A stretch of DNA of 64,000 nt from Azolla caroliniana (taxonomy: Eukaryota; Plantae; Polypodiophyta): assembly GCA_043228905.1 (NCBI GenBank), contig JBHGNT010000003.1, positions 17,670,001-17,734,000 on the forward strand. The letters are read 5' to 3'. Both the position numbers and the translations under genes were made by a program. Of the stretch, positions 52,223 through 64,000 are shown in pieces. The notes under the pieces were generated by a model, which made no database searches, was not told where the DNA came from, and saw nothing but the letters and a program-made list of their open reading frames with translations. Within the stretch, counting starts at the first letter, position 1. Each line of letters starts with the position of its first letter.

Positions 52223-53354
52223 ATTGCAAGGAAGATAGAAAACGAAGGGATGTTGATGATGGTAACTCTAGAACCAATGACGGTGAAGATGGTAACTCTA
52301 GAAGCAAGGGCGATGACGAAGATGGGTAATGCTTCTAGTTGGAAGGGATTCAAACTGTCACGGACACACCAAGTGCGGACTGGGATGGAGCACGGATGAT
52401 GGTGCTACGAACGATGAGCTACAAACATGGAGCTAGAAGTGATAAGGCTAGGAACTCCAAATGTGAGGGATACAAGAGCATGAAGACAGAGATCTAGAAG
52501 GGACTAGGCTAGAAATGAGACAAAGATAAAGATTAATGAGACAAGACGAGGCGAAACAAGAATACTAGATTGATGTGCCAATGACTGGAGTTGAGTCCTT
52601 GAAAGGGACCAAGAAGGTTACAAGTATTTATACTATGAGTTGAAGTACATGCATTAGAATATTCTTGAGAATATTTTGGAGAATATTCTAGAACCTTCTA
52701 GTTGTAGAACTTTCTAAAAACTCCTAGAACATGAATAGATAATATATGAAGATATACATAACACGATTATGTACTTGGATGTGTTGATTTCCAATATAAC
52801 ACTTGACTATAATACAAGAGGTCAAGAGTTCAAATCTTGACATAACTATTGTCATGCCTGTGACAACACCAATTCAGCAGATCGAGACCAAGAACGACCG
52901 GGAAGAAGAACAACAACAATTTCGGCAAGACGTCGAATATAGTGACCGACGGGACGATTATGAGCAGAACCGGAGTGAGAGAAGTCGCGACTATAACGGC
53001 GATCATTATAATCGAGATTACTCCCCTGGCTATAATCGGAGAAGAGAGGATCAACGGGAAGACTATGAAGACCGGCGCCGGTAAGGATACTGGAACAACC
53101 GACGGTATAATAAAAAACGGAACGCTCGGAAAGAGGATTGTCGGGAACTAGCAAAGGATTACCAACGAGAGCCGGACAGAAGCATAACTAGTGCTCAAAT
53201 GGAACAAAGAAGACCAGCGGAGCCTAACTGGGCAGTATCTGGATTTCAACAGGGTAACATGCAAAAACCAGAGTCTCGCAATACACAGAAGGAAGGCATA
53301 TTGCTACTATTTCCGATAGGAGGGACACTAGATCAAAGGGACACTAGAGGAGAC

Positions 53355-54090
53355 AACTGATTTGTTTTTCAAAAATGTGGTTCGACTACATGGACTCCCG
53401 AACAATATCACTTCTGATCGAGGACAACAATTTGTTTCCAATTTCTGGCGGCGACTTCTGCAAACCTTCGGTTGTATTGTGAATCTATCTTCCGCTTATC
53501 ATCCACAAACCAATGGACAAATGGAGCGGGTTAACCAAATCTTGGAACAATACTTGCGGTGCTCTCTTAGTTACCAACAAAAGAACTAGGTTGACCTTCT
53601 CCCACTTGCCGAGTTCGCCTACAACAACTCTCTGCATGCATCTACGGGAATTACTCCATTTTTCGCCAACTACAGTCTACACCCCGGCTTCAACATTTCG
53701 CTTCCCTCTAACTCTATCAATCCTTCTGCAGAGGACCGGGCACGTCTCTTGGAGGATGTACATCGCGATCTTTCCTTGGAGCTCACCCTACAAGGAGCAA
53801 ACTGACCGTCATTGCTTAGATGCTCCCCGGTTCGAGGTAGGAGACTTTGTTTGGCTTCTCCATCGCAATATTGCCATCACTCGTCCTTGTAGGAAGCTTG
53901 ATTACAAGAAGTTAGGCCCTTTTCCGAATCATTGAGAAAATTGGTTCCATGGTTGTACTCTTAGAGCTACCATCCCACTTTTGTATTCATAATGTATTCC
54001 ATGTCTCCCTTCTAGAACCTTGCCATATATCTGAAATCCCCGGTCGACACCCATCTCCTCCACCACCAATCGAGCTCTCAACCCGTCAAT
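53355..54090 (+). pseudogene. Ty3/gypsy chromovirus-type integrase C-terminal fragment
   Basis: HGLPNNITSDRG, SSAYHPQTNGQMERVNQILEQYLR, KKLGPF (GPY/F module) and IHNVFHVSLLEP. Confidence 0.88.
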
Positions 54091-54559
54091 AAATACACAA
54101 CACAGTGCAATGTGTCTATGCAGAACACTCTACATAGATTAAAAGATAATAAACATAGATTCACATGAAAGGATAGTACTATGTGATCAATCAAGAACAC
54201 TTAACATGGTTACAAACATAATTAGTATCCATGCATCCGTTTGAATAGTACTGTGTTGTCTATTAAGAGTTTTTTATGTAGCTCAAAACATAAAATAGTA
54301 TTGATGCACAAGGGCGAACAAAACTAAGTTAGAGGGGCCATGATAGGAGAATACCCACTTGTCTAGCAAGAATACTAAAACAGTTAGTGTGTAGACAATT
54401 AGTACAAACGCAATAGGGAGTACCAATGATATTAAGAGGTAAACTTTGAACCCAACAAGTAGGAGAATTACAACAAGTAGGAGAATTACAACAAGTAGTA
54501 TTGATTCATGTGAAGGAACAATACAAATTATCATTTCCTTAGCCATTGCATTATAAGTA

Positions 54560-55315
54560 CTAAACATATGGATTAAAAATTACATGGCGATAAAGTAGAA
54601 TGATCATGCTGCCTTAAACTGTGAGGCAGCACCATTAGACCAGACCCAATGGCGGTTAAAGCTAAACCCGAGAGACAATAAATCTGCATGGTGAAGCTTA
54701 AAACAATGTTGGGCAAAAAGTATATCATGCTTTTTATCATCCGAAATGTAAAATATTGATTTCTTATGTAACTCACCGTCTTGTCTCCAATAGCAAATAT
54801 GTACTAGTATTGTACATTGATCATTGTACATTAATCTCTTGAGGCAAGGCATCATATCATCGCCTACATCCTAACCCCACCCACTTGAATTGGCTTGAGT
54901 GTATATTTCGCTGATGTTTCCTCAAGTTCCTCCTTTGAATACCTAGGTTTAAGGCAACTTTATTATCACTATATTTTTTTCTTGTTATAGTGTTCACAAC
55001 CATGTGTAGGATTGCCCTCTTTGTAACAAGTTTGTCTATGCTCTCTACACCTTTCACTAAGTCTACGAATGACATTATAGACTCTACAATCTCTTCTGAA
55101 ACACATTGGTCCCTAAATTTTATTCTCCCCATGTCTTCATTCAAATGTTGATGGTGTAACACTCTACATATAATATCCCTACGATCCTCCTCACTAAATC
55201 TCTTTGTTATTTCTACCAAATAACAGACTATGTGAAGAATCACTCGTCTATTGGTCGTTTCGAATATACATGAGTTACTTGACAACTCACTCTCATTTGA
55301 GACTATCATGGTCAC
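54560..55315 (-). pseudogene. degraded DDE DNA-transposase fragment, Sola2-like
   Basis: FYISDDKKHD...HWVWSNGAASQFK resembles the SD..HD / SDG.A.Q(F/Y)K motifs recalled for Sola-type transposases. Confidence 0.5.
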
Positions 55316-57519
55316 TAGATTTATAAAAAAGAATTAAGTGTCTTGCGAGAGTAGTTAATGTTATATTAGACTACACTAAGAAATCACAATCAAATGTTTT
55401 TAAATGCGGCCTACAAAGTGAGAAATCATTCGTTTCAGACATCACAAATACGTTTCAAAAATGACAAATAATAATTTCTTTATTCATAGATTTTTGAAAA
55501 TGAAAAAAATTAGTACTGAAAATGAAAAAAACAGATTTCTAAATATGAGACTATAGAATTCTGAAAATGTCAAAATTAAGAATAGGGGTGCTTACCAAAT
55601 AAATCAATTATTGTTGAATACTTTCAAATGAGTGGAAGAAGTGACGAAGATGAATGTCGTATTGTGCCTCCAATCTGTGGACAAACCCTCAAATTGATAG
55701 AGGATGCCTCGTATTTCAACGATAATATGCCTCAAATTGGTGGAAGGAACCTCAAATCACTACAAGATGAAAACTACAATCGGTGGAAGAAGCCTGAAAT
55801 CGTTCTCGAAGGAGTCACTAATGGTTATTATAAGAGGCCTCAGATCAATGTATAATCCTCAACTCAAACTCTAAAACATGTTTAGTGTTGACGCACCCAA
55901 ATATCTAAGATAGGGTTTAAGCACTCTAACGATATACATGTGTAACAAAACTCTGAGATGGGAGGACAACTCGAAACCTGACATGGATGTCTAAGATGAA
56001 GAGCTCAAAGAAACTCAGAGGGATAGAGGGAGAGGAGTTGGTTTGAGGGGAAGCACTAAGAAACGTTCAAATCCACATGAGGGGAAAATAGCCCCCAAAA
56101 TGGAATGAATATCCCCTCACATGTTCCCCCCACTCCTTGTCTTAAATGTCACTTGTACTACACTCACCCCACTCCCCAAAATCTATTGTTTTTTTCAATT
56201 ATTTAGTACTAACAGTATCAAAAGGACTGACGTTTTCTGTGGTAAAAAACAGTAAGTTTCTGGTACACCGTAGCGTGTTGCAACCCATAAACAAGAATTT
56301 ATAATCTAAATGATTCGATAGACTAGCATGAGCTTTATTACACACAAGAAAGCACAAGAGGAAAACCATAGAAGCCCACCCAAACAATCTTGGCATTTTA
56401 AGGAAAACTCACAAAAGAGACTTAAAATAGGCAAAATCAATGGAAGTTGAAAGATGGGTTCAAGGAACAACTCAAATAGTTGTTGGCATTATATCAAGAG
56501 AATATCATGTGGTCATGGAAACTAAATGGGCTGATGACATTTCTTGAGATGTCCAATCCACATTGGCCTTACAAATTCACAAGTAGCTCAAGATTCAACA
56601 TCTAAAGTAAGAAATAAAGAATCACAAGCTATCTGCTGACAAATAAAGGTGTTGAAAAAGAGCTATATCAAGTTTTTGGAAGATACCTTCTAGCCCAATG
56701 AGGGTGGAAAGTTCTTGAATATAGTTTATGAGTGAGGCTCAACCTTGCTGAAAGAAAAATAACAGTAGGATGTAGACATCGCGAAACGTCCACATATTGT
56801 TATACAAACCATGATCAAAGGCTTTTACCAACATAATGATAAAGCCCAAAACTAGACCATGGAATTTAGCTTGGGTCAATTGTTGGAATATATGAAGCTA
56901 AGTTTTGAGGTAGTTCAATGTCAAATGAGAATATGTACAGAGATTCTCAAATAGATTTTATAATAAAGAACAAAATATATGAAGTGTTGTAAAAAGGGTT
57001 AAGAAGTACTCACTTAAATGTTCACACTCAAGAAAATCTAGGATCCATTGATATAGAGTGGAACCTTTCTACATGGTATAGGACAATATAAAGAGTTATT
57101 ACAAAAATGATCTTTTGCTCAGGACTTGAATCCAAAATCCTAATTGTTACAAGGCACAATACTGACCACTATCCTATTATTTATATATGTTCATTATTTT
57201 ATAACGAGTAAAATAGTATAGAAATTAGGAAAATTCATAGGACAAATTTTGGATGATAGCAATTTTTAGTTAACAAAACAAAAAAATAAGGAAAGCTCAA
57301 AAGTCGAGATAGTGGACGGAAAGTCAAGATAGTGAATTGCCTCGAGTATTGTATAAAAGTTGACCATGTGAAATAGTTTTTCATAAAAAGTACGTTATTA
57401 TCATCATAATAAGGAACATGTAGATTAGGTTTTTATCATCTCTTCATCGTTGTCTTATATCTTTGTGTGCAAGGTTTGATTAAATAGGTGTATGCAATCT
57501 ATTTGGTATAAACAATACT

Positions 57520-59900
57520 AAAGTACGATTATTTAATTCTCGTCATTTTAGTCAACTTTGATTACATGAAAGACATACATAGAGAGGCATGTAGGTGAAA
57601 GGTTTGAGTTACAGCATCCAAGGTAGAATGTCATCAATGGATTCCTTACTATCCTCTCCAACGATGTGGGAGGTAAGAAGACCCCTAGGTAAAGTATAAT
57701 CCAATATCTTTGTGCATATTAATTGGTGATTTCTAGCTATTGCTATTTTGCAAGATTCAAAGAATGGGAGATTCCTTGTCGAGGCAGACTAAAATACTTG
57801 ACTAAAACTCACAACCTTGGAAAAGAAAGGATAACAACTTGCTAATCATGACGGAGGCGGTTTATTGCATAAGAAATCATTTGTGCCAGCATTGAAAGTA
57901 TTCTACATTGTAATTTAACGCATATATATGGTTATTTAATAAAAATTATTTTCAAATTATCCACTTACTAAAGTCAATTTATTATGCAACAAAATAATTG
58001 AAGCATTGAGTTAAAATTACAATCAATTTTCCTAAATAAATTACTATGGCGAGGGCACATTTTAGCATCACAAGTCTCCTTTCTCGTAATATGGATGAAG
58101 ACATTTTAGTTCTTATTTTTCCTTTAATAACAGTAAGGGAATTGTTTGAGTGAATGGAATGTAATCAACATGATGATATAAGCATCTCTCATTCGTAGAG
58201 TTTTAGTCAAACTTAAATACGAGTTGAGTTTGTGAAAATGCCCAATGACACAAGTCAAAGTAGATTAAATGTATGGAATCTAATAATCTATAGTAATAAC
58301 TAGATTATTGCATGTATGTACCTAATTATTGATACTTTTTCAACATTTCAACCATTGTTATGAGTTGGATAAGATTCTAGGTGTTTCTTAATAAATTCAA
58401 CATCGCGATCTTGTCAAAGCCATTTGTTATTTCTTATAAACAAACTTTTATTCTCAAATTTGGGTAAAGAACCTTTTATGCCCATATATCAATTAATAGG
58501 GTAAACACCTTTTGTTGCACATTCCTTCGGAGAGTGTTCAAATTACATGGCCTTTGAAGTTTACAAATGATTGACTCTAATTGTTTGTTTAATCACACTA
58601 ATGACAAACTTAATTATTGTAGTTATACATTTATTGCACATCTCCTTACCCAAGTCGATATGATTAAAATGTCTCTCAAAGGTTAGCGGTAAAATATTCA
58701 TGTGTCTTAAATTTTTGATGCGAAGTATGTATTTTGGCTAGGATAATAACAAGAGCATGCATTCATACTTACAAAGGTATTTTGAGGATTTATTTAGATA
58801 GGTTCATTATACATAATCTCGTGAAACTTTTGTGGTAGATCTCAAACTTATATTCTTCCCCATTCAGTTTTTTTGTAATACACAATGCGATATGAACTTT
58901 TTAAAAGTATTCAATCCATGACATGTGGAATGTTTCAACCATTGAATGTAGCAACGACTCCTTTTGATATGTCATGGAGCTATATGAATCCCAATAAGTT
59001 TTGAGATAAACACGAGTAACCGTGTCAAAGAAATTTCGTCGTAGCTTCGTGAAGGTTTGCATTCAATCTTTTATGACCAATTCATTGGGAAATTTCGAAA
59101 GTGTTCGTACCAAAAATGCAAAATAGAAAGTATACAATTAATGAGGCATATTTATACTAGGAATATAGTAGAGATATATTCTCCTAATTTACGAAACCAT
59201 TCGTAGCAAACTCTCATGTAGCACAAACACAAAATGAATGATATCCTTGTCTAGGGAAAAACTAAATCAATGTAACTTATACAACTACCATTGGATTATA
59301 TAAACATTCAAATTATAAAAATAGTCACATTTAAATACAATTGTATCTGTGTTAGAAGTGTGTATTCAATGTGAGGCACAAACAAGTCACACCATGTTTT
59401 GGATAAATTTCAAACTCAAATTCCAAAATAATACTAGGAGAATGTATTTGTGCCACAAGCATAAAGTGTGTTAATTGAATTTCGAAATACATTGTCCAAT
59501 AGACTTGAAGGTTAATATATGGTTTTAAAAAAAACACCTACATTTTGGCATAAGTGGATTGAAAAATTCTTTTTAGCACGTGTTACATGACAAATGCCAA
59601 ATGGATGGAAATCTCTATGTCTAGGAAGAGGGTTGGTTAATGATAATAACTATACACGGAAATTATATTGATTTGAGGCTCCCATGATTTCATGTTGGAA
59701 AGTAGTGGAGATTATGTTTGGAAATTTCAAATAATTGAACAATATTTTACTCATACCAAGAAACTACCTAAGCTAATGGGGAGGCTTTTATATCTCAAGA
59801 GAAGAATACTCAATAAACTATTAAAGATGCAAGATAATTGATGCATGCTTTGCAAACAATCAGAAGTTAGTGTTTCGATATTATTTTAGGGAAAATGTAA
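57520..59900 (-). pseudogene. possible very old hAT-like transposase relic
   Basis: Only weak minus-strand motifs (FSPTCLS..F, IVRNPL, RCYIQWL); no ORF. Confidence 0.25.
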
Positions 59901-60082
59901 ACGTCATTCTTCAATCATGTTTATGGATTCCAATTCATGCAATAACTTCTAATAGACTTACAAAATTAATGTAGTGCTACTTGAAATAAATTGCTCAAAT
60001 GTCAACGTGAAAATAGAATCAATCATCGGCAATCCATTTTCTAAAAGTAGAAGGGGAGAAATGCACTCAAAAGTTCTATCCT

Positions 60083-60153
<71 letters not shown>
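60083..60153. repeat. (TG)n(AG)n microsatellite
   Basis: Seen directly. Confidence 0.95.
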
Positions 60154-60155
<2 letters not shown>

Positions 60156-60965
60156 CTCGATGTATGTAGCTCAGTTGGTAAGGTTGCCCAATGGAGGCCA
60201 AGTGGTCATGGGTAAGGTACCAAGACATAGTGCTTGTAGTGTAACAACTTACCACTAGGGTAAGGTACTTACGATATAAAAAGATAGAGAGAGAGAGATC
60301 TACTTCATCATGGCATAAGTTCCTGATAAGAAATGAAAGGGACATTACTACGCTATGTTATAACTTGTTTTACCCAATATGTTTTGTGAATTTGACTCTC
60401 CCATAATATTCAATATCTAACCATTAACTATTAAGTGTTAAGTTATTAATCATCTTGAATAAAGCTTTGAGTTTACTTCAAGCTATAGTGTCGAAGAAGC
60501 CAACTTCTTGTCAATAGTTTGGGACCACCTCAAAAGACATTCATTACTACCTAAGAAACTAGGAACCTTACACTAAAACCATTCCATTGCTTTCAAATTA
60601 AAGCATAAAAAGTGTTGCTTGGGTTTCTTTTTCCTTTCCTTTAGCTATGATCCCATCTATGTTAACTCTATCCTTAGGTTTTGTTGGCCCTTTGTGTAGT
60701 GGTGTATTTGAGATGCAAAGGGGCATAACTGGTTGTAGGCATGTAGAGCACTTGACTCCCATTAAGGCACCCATTGCAATTTTAGTGTTTTTTCAAGGCA
60801 CGGTTTCTTCACTTCATTCCCAAGTTTAGGGTTAAAGTTTGTCTAAGTTAGGGACTCCGGACCTTAGGTGGTTGGAGTCATCACCAGTACTGGTCTAAAA
60901 TCTTAAATAATTAATACTACATATATCAACGATTTTGAATAATCTTGAATCAATCTAAAATACAT

Positions 60966-61323
60966 TCAACATGCATACATACAATCATACACAAGAAATC
61001 AACCAAGCATAGACATAAACACACGAAATGGTTTGGGAGTGAGTGGTTGTGAGAGTGGAGTTAGGACTCCTCTCCTTCACCTCTTCCTTTTCTTTTATTT
61101 TTCTTGTTTCGGAAGACATCTTCACCACCACCATGCAACCATAATCAACATGCATACATACAATCATACACAAGAAATCAACCAAGCATAGACATAAACA
61201 CACGAAATGGTTTGAGAGTGAGTGGTTGTGAGAGTGGAGTTAGGACTCCTCTCCTTCAACTCTTCCTTTTCTTTTATTTTTCTTGTTTCGGAAGACATCT
61301 TCACCACCACCATGCAACCATAA
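60966..61323. repeat. near-perfect 179-bp tandem duplication
   Basis: TCAACATGCATACATACAATC.. at 60966 and 61145. Confidence 0.92.
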
Positions 61324-61325
61324 TG

Positions 61326-64000
61326 TGTTGGGTGTGTTTAAGGGAAGAAATAGATCTCAAACACCAATCGAGGAAGGAAGCTACATGAAATAGTTTTTGA
61401 AGCGTACATGAAAGAGTGTTGAGGGGACAAGCACAACATGATATGGATTGGCTAAATGAGCCAAGATCCGGATCGGTGCCCGGATTAGAGTGTAACTTGT
61501 AGGCCGTTAGAGGCCTACGATCCTAGCGTAGTACATAGGCATATTTCTAGGAGTCAATGTTAGTAGCTTGGTACAAGCATTGAAGTACTTGTTAGTACTT
61601 CTGTTAGTCCTTTTAAGGACTTGTATAAAAGTGCTCACTAAGCACATTGTATGTACAGAGTGTTTATTATTTTGACATAGAGGTTTTGTTGTTTGTTGTC
61701 TTAGTGTCTCTCTTACACCTACTATGTGTATTCTATTCTATGTGTTCTCTGTTGCTATTCGGCCGAGCCGTTTAAGGTGTGGTTAGCTGAATCCACATAT
61801 TCATCTTTTTATGGTATCAACATTTGAGGGTTAGAACATCCTTTGCTGTCGACAAGAGTTTTAAGCACAAACCAGGACCTAACACCTAACAAGAACAAAC
61901 TAGATGAGAAAATGGACAGAGGCATGTGAAGCTCACTTCCGATGAAGAAGCTCGATAGGAGCAAATATGCATCTTAGTCATACAAGATGCACCAATATCT
62001 GTTAGGACATGGATATTGGAGTTATGTTGAAGGAGCAAATGACGCAACACCGGATTCAACACACAAAGATTTTTCGTCTTGGGAACAGTTGACAAGTACA
62101 GTTCTCTAATGCTTCACATCGAGTGTCAGTGATAAACTATTGAGCTACATCTAGGATGCCAAGATGCCAAAGGAGGCTTGGGGAAATCTGAAGAAGATAT
62201 TTGGCTCAAGCACCACATCTAGAAAGCTACAACTCAGATAACATCTTAGCAACGTCCAGCAAAGAGATATCTCGGTGGCTGATTACACTTCCCAAATCAA
62301 AGACATCTATGATTCACTTGCCTCCATCTAGATGACCATCTAGGAGGACGAAATGGTGCATGTCTGTCTTGGAGGATTGGCACAGATAATTCCGGACAAC
62401 AGTCTACACGAGAGAAAATACAACGTCATTCTTCGAGTTGCAATTGATGCTTCTCGTAGAAGAGAACCACATGGGTATGTCGACGAGTACACACGCCGAC
62501 AACAAGATGTTGTACACAGAGGAAGATATGCCCCGGAATCGTGGTCCATGAGGCGGGTCGACATGCAATTGACGGGGCCAGCAAGAGCAAAACCGAAGGC
62601 ATAATCGAAATGTTGATAGCAATTTTGGACCCTCCAGAAATAGGGGGATCAAGGTAGTGCCAGAAATCGGTAAGGAAAGGCCAATATGGAATGCTGGTGC
62701 TGTGGCAAGAAAGGACATCGGGAGAGCGAGTGTTGGAAGAAGCGCGCCGGCTTGGACAAATCCATATCCGGCAAAGCCGGACAAGGGAGTCGACAAAGCT
62801 CCCACTATGCCGAAGGTTCAGAAGGATCCGGAACCGGAAAGATTGGAAATGGATCGGGCCCAACCTTTGTGATGATGCACACGGCTAATTCGATGAAGAC
62901 AAGCACCTCGAAGTCGAACCAGGTGTGGTATGTTGATTCCGGAGCATCGAACCATATGACGAGCAAACCGGAACAATCGGGAGTCGTCGAAACCGGTGAT
63001 GACACCCCACATACCATCGAACACGTCGATGTCATGTGATTTTTCACACACGATAAGAAAAGTAATGAAATAATTATTTAGGTTAGCGTAAATGTCTTAG
63101 TATGAAAGATGGACGTCTTCAAGAGCTTCCAAACACATTTTACTACATATGAAACGGATAACTAAGTATCAAGTTATATGACTATAAAGTTTGAGAAGAT
63201 GAGTAAAACAAAACTGTGAGATATCCCACATAGATAGGACAATATCTGTTCTAGCAGTATATAAGCAGAGGCAAAACTCATTAGTTCATATCTATGTGTT
63301 TGGAGCATAGAATGATCAAGGTGATTTGGGTTGAATAGAATGCAATTGAACATTAAGGGCCATCATCAACAAAGAACTCCTTATATATTCCACTTGTTTT
63401 TTCTCCATCTTTGGGGGGGGCTTCTTCTTTTGATTCTTTGGGAAAACAATCTCTCATATTTCAGATCGAACCACTCCTTATATGATTGCCGAATCCTTTC
63501 TTTCAAAATTATCTCTCATTTTTATATCCAATCCGTTGTAACACAATTCTTATATTATAAAAGAATCTATTATTTTGATATAAACGAATGTTTTCTTTCA
63601 CCTATGTGTCTTATGTGTAAAACTTGCTTGTGTTGTACGAGTGAGCTCTAAATCCTTCCAATCCATAACCCCGGCGGTTCCGCCTCACGATCCCCTAAAC
63701 CATGACAGACACAAGGGGAAGTTGATGAATGTCCTACATGTCTTGACAATCACAAAGAATCTAGTGTTGGTTGGACAAATTGTCAATCAAGGAATGCAGG
63801 TCCGATTCACTCATCTTGGGTATTTCATCGAAGAAGAAGGCAAAGTCATTCCACAAGGGTGCCGAGAAGGGAGGATGTTCATCCTTGAAACAAATGAAGT
63901 CAAAACCACAATGTTTGCAAAAGGGCAAAAGGTTGAGTTGAACATCAACCTATGGAACAAGCGGTTCCGCCATATCAACTTCCCATGACTTCGGGAGTTG
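61326..64000 (+). mobile_element. Ty1/copia element (5' LTR, gag, protease), degraded, runs off the window
   Basis: LTR 61326-61811, PBS TGGTATCAA at 61812, gag CWCCGKKGHRESEC, protease WYVDSGAS. Confidence 0.88.
63030..63707 (+). mobile_element. solo LTR of the TGTCRTG family inside copia pol
   Basis: Perfect terminal inverted repeat TGTCATG..CATGACA; the start matches the 25856 LTR; copia sequence resumes at 63708. Confidence 0.85.

Larger units (their letters stand above)
47065..52865 (-). mobile_element. non-autonomous LTR element with self-priming-type PBS
   Basis: LTRs 47065-47573 and 52356-52865 (TGTCAC..GTGACA). Minus-strand PPT TAAAGGGGAGGATAA at 47574-47588. Minus-strand PBS TTGAATCCCTT at 52343-52353 is complementary to LTR sequence. 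No RT or integrase. Confidence 0.88.
38016..53360 (+). mobile_element. tRNA-Arg-primed gypsy-type (Tat/Athila-like) element: 5' LTR, long leader and gag, 3'-truncated; hosts nested insertions
   Basis: LTR 38016-39251 (TGTTG..CAACA) with PBS TGGCGACTACGATGGGA at 39258. Gag pieces at 40112-41157, 46891-47064 (two CCHC knuckles, CMTCLNLRHSTIEC and CMLCHSRSHKMDHC) and 52866-53360 (R/D/Y-rich). Confidence 0.75.

Noticed and set aside
55620-56170. LTR-like segment with short degenerate repeats (also 1250-1750)
   Set aside because: I could not identify termini, a TSD or a partner copy.

Overview
Eukaryotic, land-plant nuclear DNA, probably from a seed-free lineage such as a fern or lycophyte (inferred from the TE types). 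There is one intact host gene: an 8-exon TROL/STR4 thylakoid rhodanese-like gene (12729-16718, +, about 510 aa, C-terminal FNR-binding motif). The rest is decayed, nested transposons: at least six Ty1/copia copies, a tRNA-Trp-primed Ty3/gypsy element and relatives with TGTCRTG termini and apparent 4-bp TSDs, a tRNA-Arg-primed gag-bearing LTR element hosting a multi-level nest, two L1 LINEs, an RTE LINE, solo LTRs, a chromovirus-type integrase fragment and DNA-transposase relics. The most unusual signals concern reverse-transcription priming. (1) A non-coding LTR element (48005-51532) has tRNA-Arg-like primer-binding sites at both inner LTR edges on opposite strands, with identical spacing and no polypurine tract. 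(2) Its host non-autonomous element (47065-52865) has a Tf1-style 11-nt self-priming PBS and a 16-unit hairpin array. (3) A stem encloses the PPT/U3 junction in different copia families and shows a compensatory base-pair change. All calls come from reading the sequence; no database searches were run, and reference tRNA and protein sequences are recalled from memory.
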